From an uncultured Gammaproteobacteria bacterium (lineage in GTDB: Bacteria; Patescibacteriota; Microgenomatia; UBA10105; UBA927): 64,000 nucleotides of DNA. The number at the start of each line of letters is the position of its first letter. The first letter of the stretch is position 1. Position numbers and translations under genes: made by a program. The stretch spans positions 6,998 through 70,997 of the forward strand of contig CAZSTG010000005.1 in the NCBI GenBank assembly GCA_964609895.1, written 5' to 3'. The notes under the pieces are model-generated. The model did no database searches. It was not told where the DNA came from and saw only the letters and a program-made list of their open reading frames with translations. Shown piece after piece: positions 10,721 to 20,986 of this stretch.

Positions 10721-11512
10721 TTATCCCACATTCACTCGAAAATTCAATTCCGGATCATAACGCCATTTTCGTTTGTTTGCATTGTCATAGTAATGACGAA
10801 TCCGAAGACGGTAAAACACAGCGAGCGTGTCCTTCATCATATTCCACACGGTCACTACTATTTTTTTCATGGTAATTGAGGAGGTGGCAACAGCAAAATT
10901 CAGTTCAACAGGCGCTTCATAAATTTTTGTATATCCTAAACGATTGGCAACAGCCAAAATTTCTATATCAAATGCAAATTGTTTGACAAGAAGGCGTGGC
11001 AATACATCTTCAAGCAATTTCCGCTTGTACAATTTCATTCCAACTTGCGAATCTCTGACGTGGATGCCAAACAATATATGTATTACTCGTTGATATCCCC
11101 AAGACAACACTCTCCGATACATTGGATATTCCACTTTCGAATCCGGATGACGTTTACTCCCAATCACTGCATCTGCATCCTGAAAATCAAACTGCGCAAG
11201 CATCGGCAAAAGCGCTTTTGCAGACAAATCGCCCCCTGCATCCATGAATCCGATCACATCCCCTTCCGCATGAGCACATCCATATCTGACTGCATACCCT
11301 TTTCCATGATTGGTCGCATACCCCACTAACTTCACCCGCTGATCCTTAATCTTTTGCACTTCCTCGCCGCTCTTGTCCAGATAGCCGTCAAGCACAGGAA
11401 TTATTTCAAAAGGAACAGTAATGGATTCGAGTACCTCCATAATCGCCCCGATATCACGTCTGATCGTTTTTTCTTGTTTATACACAGGAATAATGAGGCT
11501 GAATAATTTCAT
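10721..11512 (-). CDS. GT2 polyprenyl-phosphate sugar synthase-like (DPG/DPM synthase family)
   Basis: IIPVYKQE, NHGKGYAVRYG, FMDAGGDL, IGSKRH, DSQVGMK, FAFDIEIL. Start overlaps the upstream stop (ATGA). Confidence 0.85.
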   Translation of the reverse strand: MKLFSLIIPVYKQEKTIRRDIGAIMEVLESITVPFEIIPVLDGYLDKSGEEVQKIKDQRVKLVGYATNHGKGYAVRYGCAHAEGDVIGFMDAGGDLSAKALLPMLAQFDFQDADAVIGSKRHPDSKVEYPMYRRVLSWGYQRVIHILFGIHVRDSQVGMKLYKRKLLEDVLPRLLVKQFAFDIEILAVANRLGYTKIYEAPVELNFAVATSSITMKKIVVTVWNMMKDTLAVFYRLRIRHYYDNANKRKWRYDPELNFRVNVG

Positions 11513-12768
11513 ACATCCTTTCTTTTTACATACAGATAATACGCTCCAAGACCCAAAACAAGCAAGGCTGAAACGCCGATATTTATATAAATCACCTTCT
11601 GGATAGTCTGATGCCACATGGAAATACCGATAATTTGCAAAAGAGCACATACCACAGGGATAATCCATATCTTCGTTTTTCCCGTTGCCAAAAAAGTCGT
11701 AGTAAACATGTTACCTATGGAATACAGGACGAGAAACAAACCGAAGAGTCCCAAAAATGAGGATCCGCCAACATAGGATGAACCAAACAGTATGCTGATA
11801 ATGAAATTTGGAAACAAAAAGTACATCGCGGTAATTCCCAAAGAAATTGCAGTGACACTGAGAAGTCCAATACCTATGATCTGACCTGTTTTTTCCCCTT
11901 TTGCAGTACGTTCCGAAAGGATAGGATAAAACACCGTTGCAAGAATTGAGGATGCATAAAAAATAATTTTACCCAAAAGTGCCAGCGATGCGTAGACCCC
12001 CGCGTCAACAGCGGCAAAGTAATGACGAACCAAAATCATGTCCGTTGAATAAATAGAGGTCATACCAAGTGTCACCAAAAGTGTCGGAACCGCAAACAAA
12101 AACGCTTCCCGTTTCGTCAGATGCATTGGCGCTGGCTTTGCGGTAAACAAAAACCGAAGCGGCAAAAAATTCAACCCATACATAATTACAACTGATATCA
12201 GTGTCGCAACAAGCACGCCCATCACATAAAACTGCACCGCCGGGATACTGAGAAGCAGTTTTACGAGTACCGCGCTCGCACCCAATATACTTACCCAAAA
12301 AAACTTTTGGTATCCCTGCAGAACACTCGACATGATGACAGTCAGAAGCGAAAAAACAAAAATAAGATAGACGATTATAAACTTAATGGGAGACTGAATA
12401 TGTAAATATTTCGTGATGATGGGGGATGCCACAATAATGACCGGCAATAACGCCGTGCACATGATGATTGCAGCTTTTGTAACTCTGGTAAACAATGATT
12501 TTGTCTGACCAATCTCACCATGCGCTTTAAATCCTGATACAAATTTTATCAGCACGAGCGCGCCGACATTGAGTGGAACGGTAAATATATAAAAAATCGA
12601 CAAAAGTGACGACAATTCTCCGTATCCTGAGGGACCAATCCAACGCCCCATCAATAAGTGATATACATAGGAAGCAACATTTGCTCCCATAGAGCCCATG
12701 AACATGATCATGCTGTCTCTGGCAAGAGAATGAGATGCTATTTTTTGAATCAACGATTTTATCTTCAT
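11509..12768 (-). CDS. MOP-superfamily (Wzx/GacK-like) flippase
   Basis: About 12 TM segments, R..GP..YG, D.ILVRHY....AG.Y, P.LS motifs of polysaccharide biosynthesis export proteins. Confidence 0.82.
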   Translation of the reverse strand: MKIKSLIQKIASHSLARDSMIMFMGSMGANVASYVYHLLMGRWIGPSGYGELSSLLSIFYIFTVPLNVGALVLIKFVSGFKAHGEIGQTKSLFTRVTKAAIIMCTALLPVIIVASPIITKYLHIQSPIKFIIVYLIFVFSLLTVIMSSVLQGYQKFFWVSILGASAVLVKLLLSIPAVQFYVMGVLVATLISVVIMYGLNFLPLRFLFTAKPAPMHLTKREAFLFAVPTLLVTLGMTSIYSTDMILVRHYFAAVDAGVYASLALLGKIIFYASSILATVFYPILSERTAKGEKTGQIIGIGLLSVTAISLGITAMYFLFPNFIISILFGSSYVGGSSFLGLFGLFLVLYSIGNMFTTTFLATGKTKIWIIPVVCALLQIIGISMWHQTIQKVIYINIGVSALLVLGLGAYYLYVKRKDV

Positions 12769-12769
12769 A

Positions 12770-13741
12770 TCATCTGTTTTTTGTGTGCAGGTGTATCTGT
12801 TTGTCTATCCACGTATAGGTCTGTCTCAGTCCTTCCTCAAGAGACACTCTTGGTTTCCACTGTAGCATACGTCTTGCTGCTTGGATATCAGCATTTCTCC
12901 CCCGTACACCCTGCGGCTTATATCTGTCGTGCGTGAGATGAATTTTTTTACCGGCAATGTCCGCAATAAGGAGTGCCATTTCATCAACGGATATCAATCT
13001 GTTAGAGCCTATGTTTACCGGCGTTCTCACCTCCGACCGCATCAATGCATCTATCCCTCTGATACAGTCATTTATATAGCAGTAAGATCGTGTTTGTTTC
13101 CCGTCCCCCCATACAGTAACAGTTCCGTTGTCCTCAGCTTCTGCGACTTTTCTGCAGAGAGCTGCGGGTGATTTTTCCCTGCCCCCTGTCCATGTTCCAA
13201 GCGGCCCATATACATTATGAAACCGCGCAATGCGCGTTTCCAACCCATAATCTTCATAATATGCAAGACACAACTGTTCCGCTGTCAGTTTCTCCCACCC
13301 ATATTTGGTATCAGGATCAGCAGGAAATGCATCGGATTCACGAAGTCCGCTATTTGCCATTCGCCGTTGCTTTTCCTTCGGATATACACATGCACTGGAA
13401 GAAAAAAAGAACCGATTCACCTTCTCGTTTTTTGCGCTCTCAAGCATGTTGATATTGATCAGCAGATTATCATGCATGATATCCGCATGCACCGAATCAA
13501 TAAATGCAACCCCTCCCATGTTTGCTGCAAAATTATATACTTCACTTACACCTCTCACAGCTTTCTTTGCATTTTTCGCGTCGCGAAGATCAAGCAGCAA
13601 ATATTCATCGGCAGCAGTTTTTTCAAACTCCGGTTTTTTGATATCTACACCACGAACACTATATCCCTTATCTTTCAAAAACTTCACCATGTGGTGACCG
13701 ATAAACCCGCCAGCTCCGGTAATAAGTGCTGTATGTTTCAT
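12770..13741 (-). CDS. GDP-mannose 3',5'-epimerase-like extended SDR
   Basis: GAGGFIG, AANMGG..FI, SSACVYP, YGWEK, RFHNVYGP.GTW.GGREKSPAALCRK, WGDGKQTRS, GVRGRN, all GME signatures. Confidence 0.88.
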   Translation of the reverse strand: MKHTALITGAGGFIGHHMVKFLKDKGYSVRGVDIKKPEFEKTAADEYLLLDLRDAKNAKKAVRGVSEVYNFAANMGGVAFIDSVHADIMHDNLLININMLESAKNEKVNRFFFSSSACVYPKEKQRRMANSGLRESDAFPADPDTKYGWEKLTAEQLCLAYYEDYGLETRIARFHNVYGPLGTWTGGREKSPAALCRKVAEAEDNGTVTVWGDGKQTRSYCYINDCIRGIDALMRSEVRTPVNIGSNRLISVDEMALLIADIAGKKIHLTHDRYKPQGVRGRNADIQAARRMLQWKPRVSLEEGLRQTYTWIDKQIHLHTKNR

Positions 13742-13746
13742 AACAT

Positions 13747-14430
13747 CTAAACAAAACGGTATTTCATAAGTGTCCAGAACGCCACCACTCCGTCTTTCCA
13801 TGTCAGTTTTTTTCCCTCGGAAAACTTCCTCCCAAAATATGAGATTGGAACCTCATAGATCTGGTGTCCTTTTTTCAGAATTTTCGCGGTTATTTCCGGT
13901 TCCATGTCAAACCGCTTTGACTCTATCCGCATTCCCGTAATCACAGCCTTCCGAAACACCTTGAATCCCGTCTCCATATCGGTAATATTGGCGTTGTACA
14001 ATATATTACACACAAGTGTCACAAATTTGTTTCCCTGCGCATACACAAACATGGTGGAAAGGTGTGGTCCGAGAAACCTTGACCCGTACACAACCTGCAC
14101 CTGTTTGTTGGTAAACGGTTCAAGAAGCACCGGATAGTCCTTCGGATCGTATTCCAGATCCGCATCCTGAAATAAAATAAAGTCTCCTGCTGCATGTTTT
14201 AGTCCAATAGTAACGGCACTTCCTTTTCCCTCATTTTTCTTTTTATATATCACTGTGACTTTTTTCTCCCATGCTTTCAATTTTTTCCTTGTCCCATCGG
14301 TTGACCCGTCATCCACGACAATAACCTGTTTGATCCAATGAGGAAGTACTGCGGCCGTGACACGACGTAAAATCTCGTCAATGGTGTGCACCTCATTGTA
14401 GACAGGGATAATAATGGATAATTTCTTCAT
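13747..14430 (-). CDS. GT2 polyprenyl-phosphate sugar synthase-like (DPM-like, bacterial type)
   Basis: SIIIPVYNE, DDGSTDGT, N.GKG.A, QDADLEYDP.DY, YGSRF, TDMETGFK, EPEITAK, R...EGKK.TW.DG. Confidence 0.9.
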   Translation of the reverse strand: MKKLSIIIPVYNEVHTIDEILRRVTAAVLPHWIKQVIVVDDGSTDGTRKKLKAWEKKVTVIYKKKNEGKGSAVTIGLKHAAGDFILFQDADLEYDPKDYPVLLEPFTNKQVQVVYGSRFLGPHLSTMFVYAQGNKFVTLVCNILYNANITDMETGFKVFRKAVITGMRIESKRFDMEPEITAKILKKGHQIYEVPISYFGRKFSEGKKLTWKDGVVAFWTLMKYRFV

Positions 14431-15521
14431 GCAATAAACCACCCGCGTAAAAAAAGAGCTGTAGCCATTATCTCGAAAACGGCGCTGACGGACAAGAGTG
14501 CTGTACGAACCTTCGCTGATTTGACGGCGCCGAGAATCATAAATAGCGGCACTGCTGCCAAAATATACCGAGGCATGGAAGAAAATGTGCCGGTAAGCGT
14601 AGGGATTGTGATAACCAACAGACAATACAAAAATGCCGCCAAGGAAATCTGTTTTCTTCCAAACCATAACACGATATACGAAACACCGGTCATCACAAAT
14701 TCAAGCACGGTCACAAGATAGGACATGATTGTCGGTTGCATATACGCAGTGACGATCATTTTCAGATATCGCCACACTACCTGTGGAGGAAAAATCAGTG
14801 TGCTCCCGCTTCTGTTTGCACCAAACGCAGACTGTACATGCATAAACAAAAACGGATCCTGTTGCGTTACATTCAAAAAATACATGTACCAAAACAATCC
14901 AACAGGCATCATACAGAATCCGATGAGGTCAATACCACGTATTTTTTTCGGCTTCCACTTTATATATTCAATCAATGCATATATAGCCAGACAAATACCG
15001 ACAATCCGAATTGCGCCGGCAACAGCTATCACAACGCCTGTCCACATGAACTGTTTCTTCGATACAAAATACATCACAAGAGCCACACACAGAAAAAACA
15101 GACCCTCAGTATACACCGCCCGAAAGAAAAAACTTGTCGGAAATGCAAGAATAAAAAGTATCGTAAACTTCGCATATTCGACTGATTTTTTTACCAGAAG
15201 CCGATATAAAACCATCAGTCCTATCAAAAATGAAACAAGTGAAATTCCTACACCTATATATTCGTACGATATCGGAACTATCTGATGAAACGCACGCAGT
15301 AGTAATGGATAGACAGGGAAAAATGCATGCGAATACTGATAATACCACGATTCAGCAATTTTTACGTAATGCACCCCGTCAAAATTTCCCCATGGAGAAA
15401 CACCAAAATAGCCGGTCCGTATCGGAATACTATCCGAAACCTTTTCTATCAGTTGCAAAAGTATCCCCCAAGCTGCAAACGCGAAGAAAACAAACTTATT
15501 TTTTTGCCAAAATTGTTTCAT
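14427..15521 (-). CDS. PIG-V/GPI-mannosyltransferase-2-like GT-C
   Basis: WGNFDGVHY..IA...Y....AFFPVYP, FPTSFF..AVYTEGLF, R..G, SMPRY. These are Mannosyl_trans2-type motifs. Confidence 0.82.
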   Translation of the reverse strand: MKQFWQKNKFVFFAFAAWGILLQLIEKVSDSIPIRTGYFGVSPWGNFDGVHYVKIAESWYYQYSHAFFPVYPLLLRAFHQIVPISYEYIGVGISLVSFLIGLMVLYRLLVKKSVEYAKFTILFILAFPTSFFFRAVYTEGLFFLCVALVMYFVSKKQFMWTGVVIAVAGAIRIVGICLAIYALIEYIKWKPKKIRGIDLIGFCMMPVGLFWYMYFLNVTQQDPFLFMHVQSAFGANRSGSTLIFPPQVVWRYLKMIVTAYMQPTIMSYLVTVLEFVMTGVSYIVLWFGRKQISLAAFLYCLLVITIPTLTGTFSSMPRYILAAVPLFMILGAVKSAKVRTALLSVSAVFEIMATALFLRGWFIA

Positions 15522-16551
15522 ATACAGCAACGGTTTCATGAGCAGTTTTTTCCCAGCTGAATGTTTTTGCCCAAGCTATACTATCCATACACATCTTTTT
15601 TCTTGCCTGAGGCGATAATGAAAGCATAGTGAGTATTGTATCTGCCATATTTTCTACACTACTTGTATCCATCTTCAATGAAGGCCCTGCAATTTCAGAA
15701 AGGCTTGAATTGTCCCCTAAGACAACAGGACAGCCACATGCCATTGCCTCCAAAACAGGCAGTCCAAACCCTTCATATAATGAAGGCTCAACTAAACAAC
15801 ATGCCATGTTATATAAGACAGCTAAATCTTCCTGACTGACAAAACCCGTCATTGTGACATGATCTTCGAGATGCAAATCATGAATATTTTGTTCAATTTT
15901 TTGAGTCTCCGGTAATTCACTTTTTTTGAATGCCCCGCCAATCAGCACTAAGTGACTATTCTTCTTTTTTTGAAGAACTCGCAAAAAAGCCGATAACAGT
16001 CCAAGCACATTTTTATTCCAGTTTACGTCACCGACAAACAGCAAAAACTGCTCTGGCAATCGGTATTTTTCACCAATTGCCTGTTGCATTTGTTTATTCT
16101 GTTTGACGTCATAACCAGGAGTTGCTGCAGAATATACCACATGAATTTTGCTTTCCGGTATATGCACAATGCGTTCAACATCTTTTTTTGAACTTTTGGA
16201 AACCGTAATAATCCCATCTGCACGTTTTAAGGCAATTTTCTGCATGTTCCATTTTACTCTCCCCCGTATACCGGCAGGAAACTGTTCCGGAAACACCAAC
16301 GGGATCAGATCGTGAACCGTTACCACCGTAGGAATCGATTTTTCCCATGGTAATGTCAAAAAAAACGGATCGAAATAAGGATAATGCACTATTTCTGCTG
16401 TATCGGGTATTTTTTCACCTCGAGTAAAAAAACTATACGAATGCTTTGATTCATACCGCCGTAATGCATCAATAAGGTTTTTTGTATATACGCCCACTCC
16501 CCGCACGGCATGCCCAGAAGAAAGCGGAGTAATGTCTATTGCTATATTCAT
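15496..16551 (-). CDS. GT4 glycosyltransferase (mannosyltransferase-like)
   Basis: RGVGVY, TVHDLIP, VSK.SK.D, NKN..GL, PSLYEGFGLPVLEAMACG, FSWEKTA.ET. Confidence 0.92.
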   Translation of the reverse strand: MNIAIDITPLSSGHAVRGVGVYTKNLIDALRRYESKHSYSFFTRGEKIPDTAEIVHYPYFDPFFLTLPWEKSIPTVVTVHDLIPLVFPEQFPAGIRGRVKWNMQKIALKRADGIITVSKSSKKDVERIVHIPESKIHVVYSAATPGYDVKQNKQMQQAIGEKYRLPEQFLLFVGDVNWNKNVLGLLSAFLRVLQKKKNSHLVLIGGAFKKSELPETQKIEQNIHDLHLEDHVTMTGFVSQEDLAVLYNMACCLVEPSLYEGFGLPVLEAMACGCPVVLGDNSSLSEIAGPSLKMDTSSVENMADTILTMLSLSPQARKKMCMDSIAWAKTFSWEKTAHETVAVYETILAKK

Positions 16552-18158
16552 ACATGTGCCCTTTTCCTGTATAAAAGTATACCTAATACAGCAAAAATCA
16601 CCAAACTCACCGCTGAAATCCAATCAGCCGCAAGACGGATACCCGTCTCCTCATATCGCAAATGGACGATGTGCGTTCCTTGGGGAACACGCACGTCGAG
16701 TGTACCTTCACGCTGATACGCAATCGGTGTCACTACCCCGTCAACAGAGGCAGTCCATCCCGGAAAATAAAGTATATGGAATCGGATGACCGTATCGCTA
16801 TCTAAGGTCACTGTATACCGACGATCAAGATATTTTTCACCCGACCCATCCACGATAATCGGGTTATTCTCCATATCCGTTGCAATTGTCAGCGACCGTG
16901 TTTCCTTCCAAGGTGTCCAGATGGTAGACAGGCTGTTGCCCATAGATGATGTGCCGTCGGTAAAATTCGGACGGGATGCGTAATATGCATCATTTCTTGG
17001 TTCATAGACCGCACCCCTCGTATATCCGAAAGAAAAAACCACAGACAGGAGCGCAAATACTATGATGAGCCATTTTTTCTTGATTACAGCGCCCACAACT
17101 GCCGCGATATAGGCAGTAACTGGAATAAGATACACAAGATATCGCCACGGATGCTGTATATATTGGATAACAGGCACTGTCTCCCAAAGACGTGCTGATG
17201 AGGGTAGTGTCATAAAAAGCGCCAACAGGAGTACTCCGGACAATCCAAAGAGTTCAGTCCTCTCCCTGCCTTTTATTTTCCTTGCCACAAGCAGAATGCC
17301 CGTAAGCATAATCCATATGATTGGTCCAATCCCTATCTGAAAAGACATTTTGCCTGTATTAACCCCAACTCCTGAAAAAGCAGTCCCCCATGACGGAATC
17401 AGAAGCTCGGCAATGCTTGCAAAGTGATCTCTGTAGTTGACTGTATTCAGCCCGACCATATATTTTGATTCAAAAATGGCCGGCAGCCAAAACCATGAAG
17501 CAAGACCGATACCAAGGAGCATATACCATACCCATTTCCAGTTTCGCCTCCAAAGAAGATATACCAGAAGAAACGGACCGAAAATAACCGTGAGAATGTT
17601 GTGACTGAGAATAATCCCCGCAATTGCTGCCGCAAACAGCATCGGTCTTTTTTCTTCCATGCTCCATAAAGCCATGAACATAAACGCAATTGCCCACACC
17701 TCTCCTATTGCCCCCCGTACATACAGTTCGACAAACCAATACGGCACATATGCGGATACGACCGTTCCGATAACTGCGGGAAACACACCGAACCGTTTCT
17801 TTAACCATAAAAAGCAAAAGACTGCTGCCGTGAGATATCCCAATGCGGAACTTATCTTGAAACTCTCAACAAATGCCACACCGATACTATGCAACAATGC
17901 TGAAACATAATTGGCAAATGGATACAAAAACTCAAATACGGGAAGACCGTATCCGCTGTTTATCGTCGGTGCCCATCGGGGAAACACATACCCAGCTTCG
18001 AGCATACGGAAAAACTCCATAAAACGGATAAAATGAAATTCGCCGTCATGCGTCGGCAGAAACCCTTTGCCAAAAAAGGGCAATACCGCGGCGACACAGC
18101 ACAAAAAAACAATGAATAATCCTAATATTGGCGCTGTCTTTTTATTTTTTGTGTTCAT
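16548..18158 (-). CDS. PTPS_related/YfhO-like GT-C membrane protein
   Basis: THDGEFH..R, PRW.....GYG.P, YVRGAIGE, SHN, QHPWRY, YFPGW, C-terminal TM. Confidence 0.8.
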   Translation of the reverse strand: MNTKNKKTAPILGLFIVFLCCVAAVLPFFGKGFLPTHDGEFHFIRFMEFFRMLEAGYVFPRWAPTINSGYGLPVFEFLYPFANYVSALLHSIGVAFVESFKISSALGYLTAAVFCFLWLKKRFGVFPAVIGTVVSAYVPYWFVELYVRGAIGEVWAIAFMFMALWSMEEKRPMLFAAAIAGIILSHNILTVIFGPFLLVYLLWRRNWKWVWYMLLGIGLASWFWLPAIFESKYMVGLNTVNYRDHFASIAELLIPSWGTAFSGVGVNTGKMSFQIGIGPIIWIMLTGILLVARKIKGRERTELFGLSGVLLLALFMTLPSSARLWETVPVIQYIQHPWRYLVYLIPVTAYIAAVVGAVIKKKWLIIVFALLSVVFSFGYTRGAVYEPRNDAYYASRPNFTDGTSSMGNSLSTIWTPWKETRSLTIATDMENNPIIVDGSGEKYLDRRYTVTLDSDTVIRFHILYFPGWTASVDGVVTPIAYQREGTLDVRVPQGTHIVHLRYEETGIRLAADWISAVSLVIFAVLGILLYRKRAHV

Positions 18159-19263
18159 GATATTTCCTCACGCCATATACAGCGACATATATACCAAGCG
18201 GAATAACCGTCAACAATGTCCGTGCCATTGGTCCGAATCCCCCATAGTAGCCCATGTATATATATGGAAGGTGCCGTAGTTCCAGCGCACATGACAGACA
18301 AAGTGTCCAACCGATAAGGAACGAGTGCTTCTTCATGTCAAAAAAAGCCGCAAAGACGATCAACCAGACGGCATACCACGGATACAATTCCTCACGGAGC
18401 GGGGCAAACACGAAAAACACAAAAGACATGAGGCTGTATGCATACAGAAGTATTCTGTCCCATGACACGTTTTTCAACACGAGAAGTGGTGCGAGCGCAA
18501 GCGTTGGTATCTTTGTCAACCATGAAAAAAGAAGAAAAAACAAACCAAACAGTTTCTTTTTTTGATGCCACAGATACAATCCGAGCATCGCAAACAGCAT
18601 CATCACGATATCATTGTGACCCGATACCAACACCTCTGTAAGAATGAGCGGATTGAATGCAAAAAACACCACATTTTTCTTTGACTTAGTGACATGATAG
18701 ATAAAATATACGAACAAAAGATATACGACTGCGTTTACCAACTTGAAAGAGATGATTGTTCTCCAGATATCTCCGCCACCGAGCATATGCGGCAAGGCGG
18801 TTATTCCAATCCATACGGGGCCATAGAGCGCAACTTTATTGGCAGCTCTCGTAAACGCAAGATACGGTTCATTTGGAATTTCAACGGGCATCACGATATA
18901 CGGATTCTCATGATGTGTGAACGCGACTTTTGCCGTCGTCATATAATTAAACAGATCATAACTTAATGCAGAAAAAGAACAAGCAAGTATCACTGTCGTC
19001 ATTCCTATCACAATCCATAGTTTTTTCCCTGAAACGAACAGTTTTTCTGAATGAAAAAGTGCATAGAGATACCAGCCTGTTAATCCCAAAAGAATCAAAC
19101 AACATATGAGTGCAGCCAGTGGTCGTTCGACATATACAATATGACGAAGTGGTTCAAACCATTGAAGAAGCATTGCGTTATTTGTGAGCGGAAGATTCAC
19201 ATCAATGAATCCATAAGAAAAAACGAAAAAAATAATCAGAATAGTCACATACAGTAATATCAT
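18142..19263 (-). CDS. MptA/MptB-like (GT87-related) GT-C mannosyltransferase
   Basis: SYDLFNY, NPY, YGPVW, NPL...E.LVSGHND..M, YPWY. Confidence 0.8.
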   Translation of the reverse strand: MILLYVTILIIFFVFSYGFIDVNLPLTNNAMLLQWFEPLRHIVYVERPLAALICCLILLGLTGWYLYALFHSEKLFVSGKKLWIVIGMTTVILACSFSALSYDLFNYMTTAKVAFTHHENPYIVMPVEIPNEPYLAFTRAANKVALYGPVWIGITALPHMLGGGDIWRTIISFKLVNAVVYLLFVYFIYHVTKSKKNVVFFAFNPLILTEVLVSGHNDIVMMLFAMLGLYLWHQKKKLFGLFFLLFSWLTKIPTLALAPLLVLKNVSWDRILLYAYSLMSFVFFVFAPLREELYPWYAVWLIVFAAFFDMKKHSFLIGWTLCLSCALELRHLPYIYMGYYGGFGPMARTLLTVIPLGIYVAVYGVRKYHEHKK

Positions 19264-20405
19264 ATTCGTTTTCTACGATGCCTCTTCTGTATACCCGGTT
19301 TTGCAACCGAAAAAGCAGCCCATATCATCATGCTATAACAAATCGGTAGAAATGGAAGCAAATACCGTGCGTTCGCCTGACCTAACGACATAAAAACCGC
19401 ATATGTAATTATTGCGATCGCCGAAATTTGTAACGCAGGCTCAGTTTTTTTTATCATTGACCATACAGTATATATACTTGACACAATTCCAGAGCCTACG
19501 ACAACGGGCCAAGTCAATGACCAATGCGCATCTTTAATAACCGGAGAATTACCCCACCACACATACCATTTGTTCAAAAAAATGAGAGGCCAAATAGTGC
19601 CAAATCTATTCATTTTGCTATTATGATACCAATACAACCACTTCTGAACTTTCAATATCTCCATAACTGAATATTTATCAAACAAAAGACGTGAATACGC
19701 AGCCAACGTGCCAAAAAACAGAACAATGCCTCCAAAGATAATATATCCATAATATTTTGGTTTTTTTAATACTATATAGAGTGTTATAGCAACCATATAA
19801 ACAAACCCCATAACCCATACTTTCGTCATCATGGACGCGGTGAGGAATAAAAATGACAACACAATACACATTGGCTTTGATTTTTGTATGGCGTAAGAAG
19901 CAAAAATTATTGCATACAAAATAAATGTGATATGAAACATATCCAGCAAAGGAGTATACGTTAACTGATCCATAAATAATGGTTCGTGTAAGGCAACAAA
20001 TACCCCAAGAAGTGCAACGGGAGAATTCTTTGTCATCATCCAGATAAGTATATATATTCCAAAAAACAGCAGAGCAAAAAATACTGAAACAATAATATTC
20101 TCATTTCCGGTAAGAAAAATTGAAAGCCCGATAAGATATTTTCCGAGGGGCGGTTGAGTTGATTCCACCAATGTCGGATTTGCTCCTTTCAAATAGGCAC
20201 CGCCCGCATATGCATAAACGGTTTCATCAGGTAACCAGTATTTCCATTCCTTCATTGAATATTGCGAAGCCCCAAACATTTCCTTTAACGATTCATAACG
20301 TGTCCAATAGTCTAGAGCATATGTATCCTTATGCTGATAGAACATCCACCCGACACGAAAGCATATGAGGAACAAAAGAAGAATAGTAAAAACTTTTTTT
20401 ACCAT
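19260..20405 (-). CDS. PMT-like (GT39-related) GT-C glycosyltransferase
   Basis: PDETVY, QPPLGKYLIG, LLD, TK, ARYLLP. The PPLGK loop is characteristic of PMT-type proteins. Confidence 0.75.
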   Translation of the reverse strand: MVKKVFTILLLFLICFRVGWMFYQHKDTYALDYWTRYESLKEMFGASQYSMKEWKYWLPDETVYAYAGGAYLKGANPTLVESTQPPLGKYLIGLSIFLTGNENIIVSVFFALLFFGIYILIWMMTKNSPVALLGVFVALHEPLFMDQLTYTPLLDMFHITFILYAIIFASYAIQKSKPMCIVLSFLFLTASMMTKVWVMGFVYMVAITLYIVLKKPKYYGYIIFGGIVLFFGTLAAYSRLLFDKYSVMEILKVQKWLYWYHNSKMNRFGTIWPLIFLNKWYVWWGNSPVIKDAHWSLTWPVVVGSGIVSSIYTVWSMIKKTEPALQISAIAIITYAVFMSLGQANARYLLPFLPICYSMMIWAAFSVAKPGIQKRHRRKRI

Positions 20406-20986
20406 GGAGCAACCGTTACATTTATATATGTATACTGTTGTTTGTTACCTTCCAACTCTCCAAGTAATGTGTGCCGTGTCTGCAGCGATGCATCAATAAG
20501 CGTGCCGATCGCCAAATCCGTAGCTTCTTCTTTTTCCGGTGTCCATTGAAATTCATCCGGCAGCCATTGTTTCATGTATGCGAGTGTCGATATATGCGTT
20601 TTCATAGCCTCAATGAGTATGGTCTTCTGACCACTCATGTCTTTTCCTTCACGTGTCCCCTGTTCCATAAGGGAGACGATGCCCGCAAGCGCTTCGTCGG
20701 ATCTTACAAGCGCATCTGTTGCAAGCAGATATTGTTTATATTCGAACAACGTTTTTGCTTCAACTAGATACTTATCCGACAGTCCGAGATGGTAGCGTAT
20801 CTGCGCAATTGTTCCCCAATGCCAATACCCTTTCAGGGTATCCGTAATTCGAGACACACGATACATTGTGTTCCCCGGCATAAAAGACGGGTATGGAAGA
20901 ACGTACTCGGCACGAACCAATGCCAAATGGCCAATGATAAATGATACATAAAAGAAAACGAGCAAATTAACAAAAAACCTTTTCAT
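20399..20986 (-). CDS. Exported/membrane-anchored helical protein, DUF5667-like
   Basis: N-terminal hydrophobic signal/TM, then Y.LPYP..MPG...Y....I.D and L.LSDK.L.EA..L, a pattern I associate with CPR DUF5667 proteins. Confidence 0.6.
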   Translation of the reverse strand: MKRFFVNLLVFFYVSFIIGHLALVRAEYVLPYPSFMPGNTMYRVSRITDTLKGYWHWGTIAQIRYHLGLSDKYLVEAKTLFEYKQYLLATDALVRSDEALAGIVSLMEQGTREGKDMSGQKTILIEAMKTHISTLAYMKQWLPDEFQWTPEKEEATDLAIGTLIDASLQTRHTLLGELEGNKQQYTYINVTVAPW

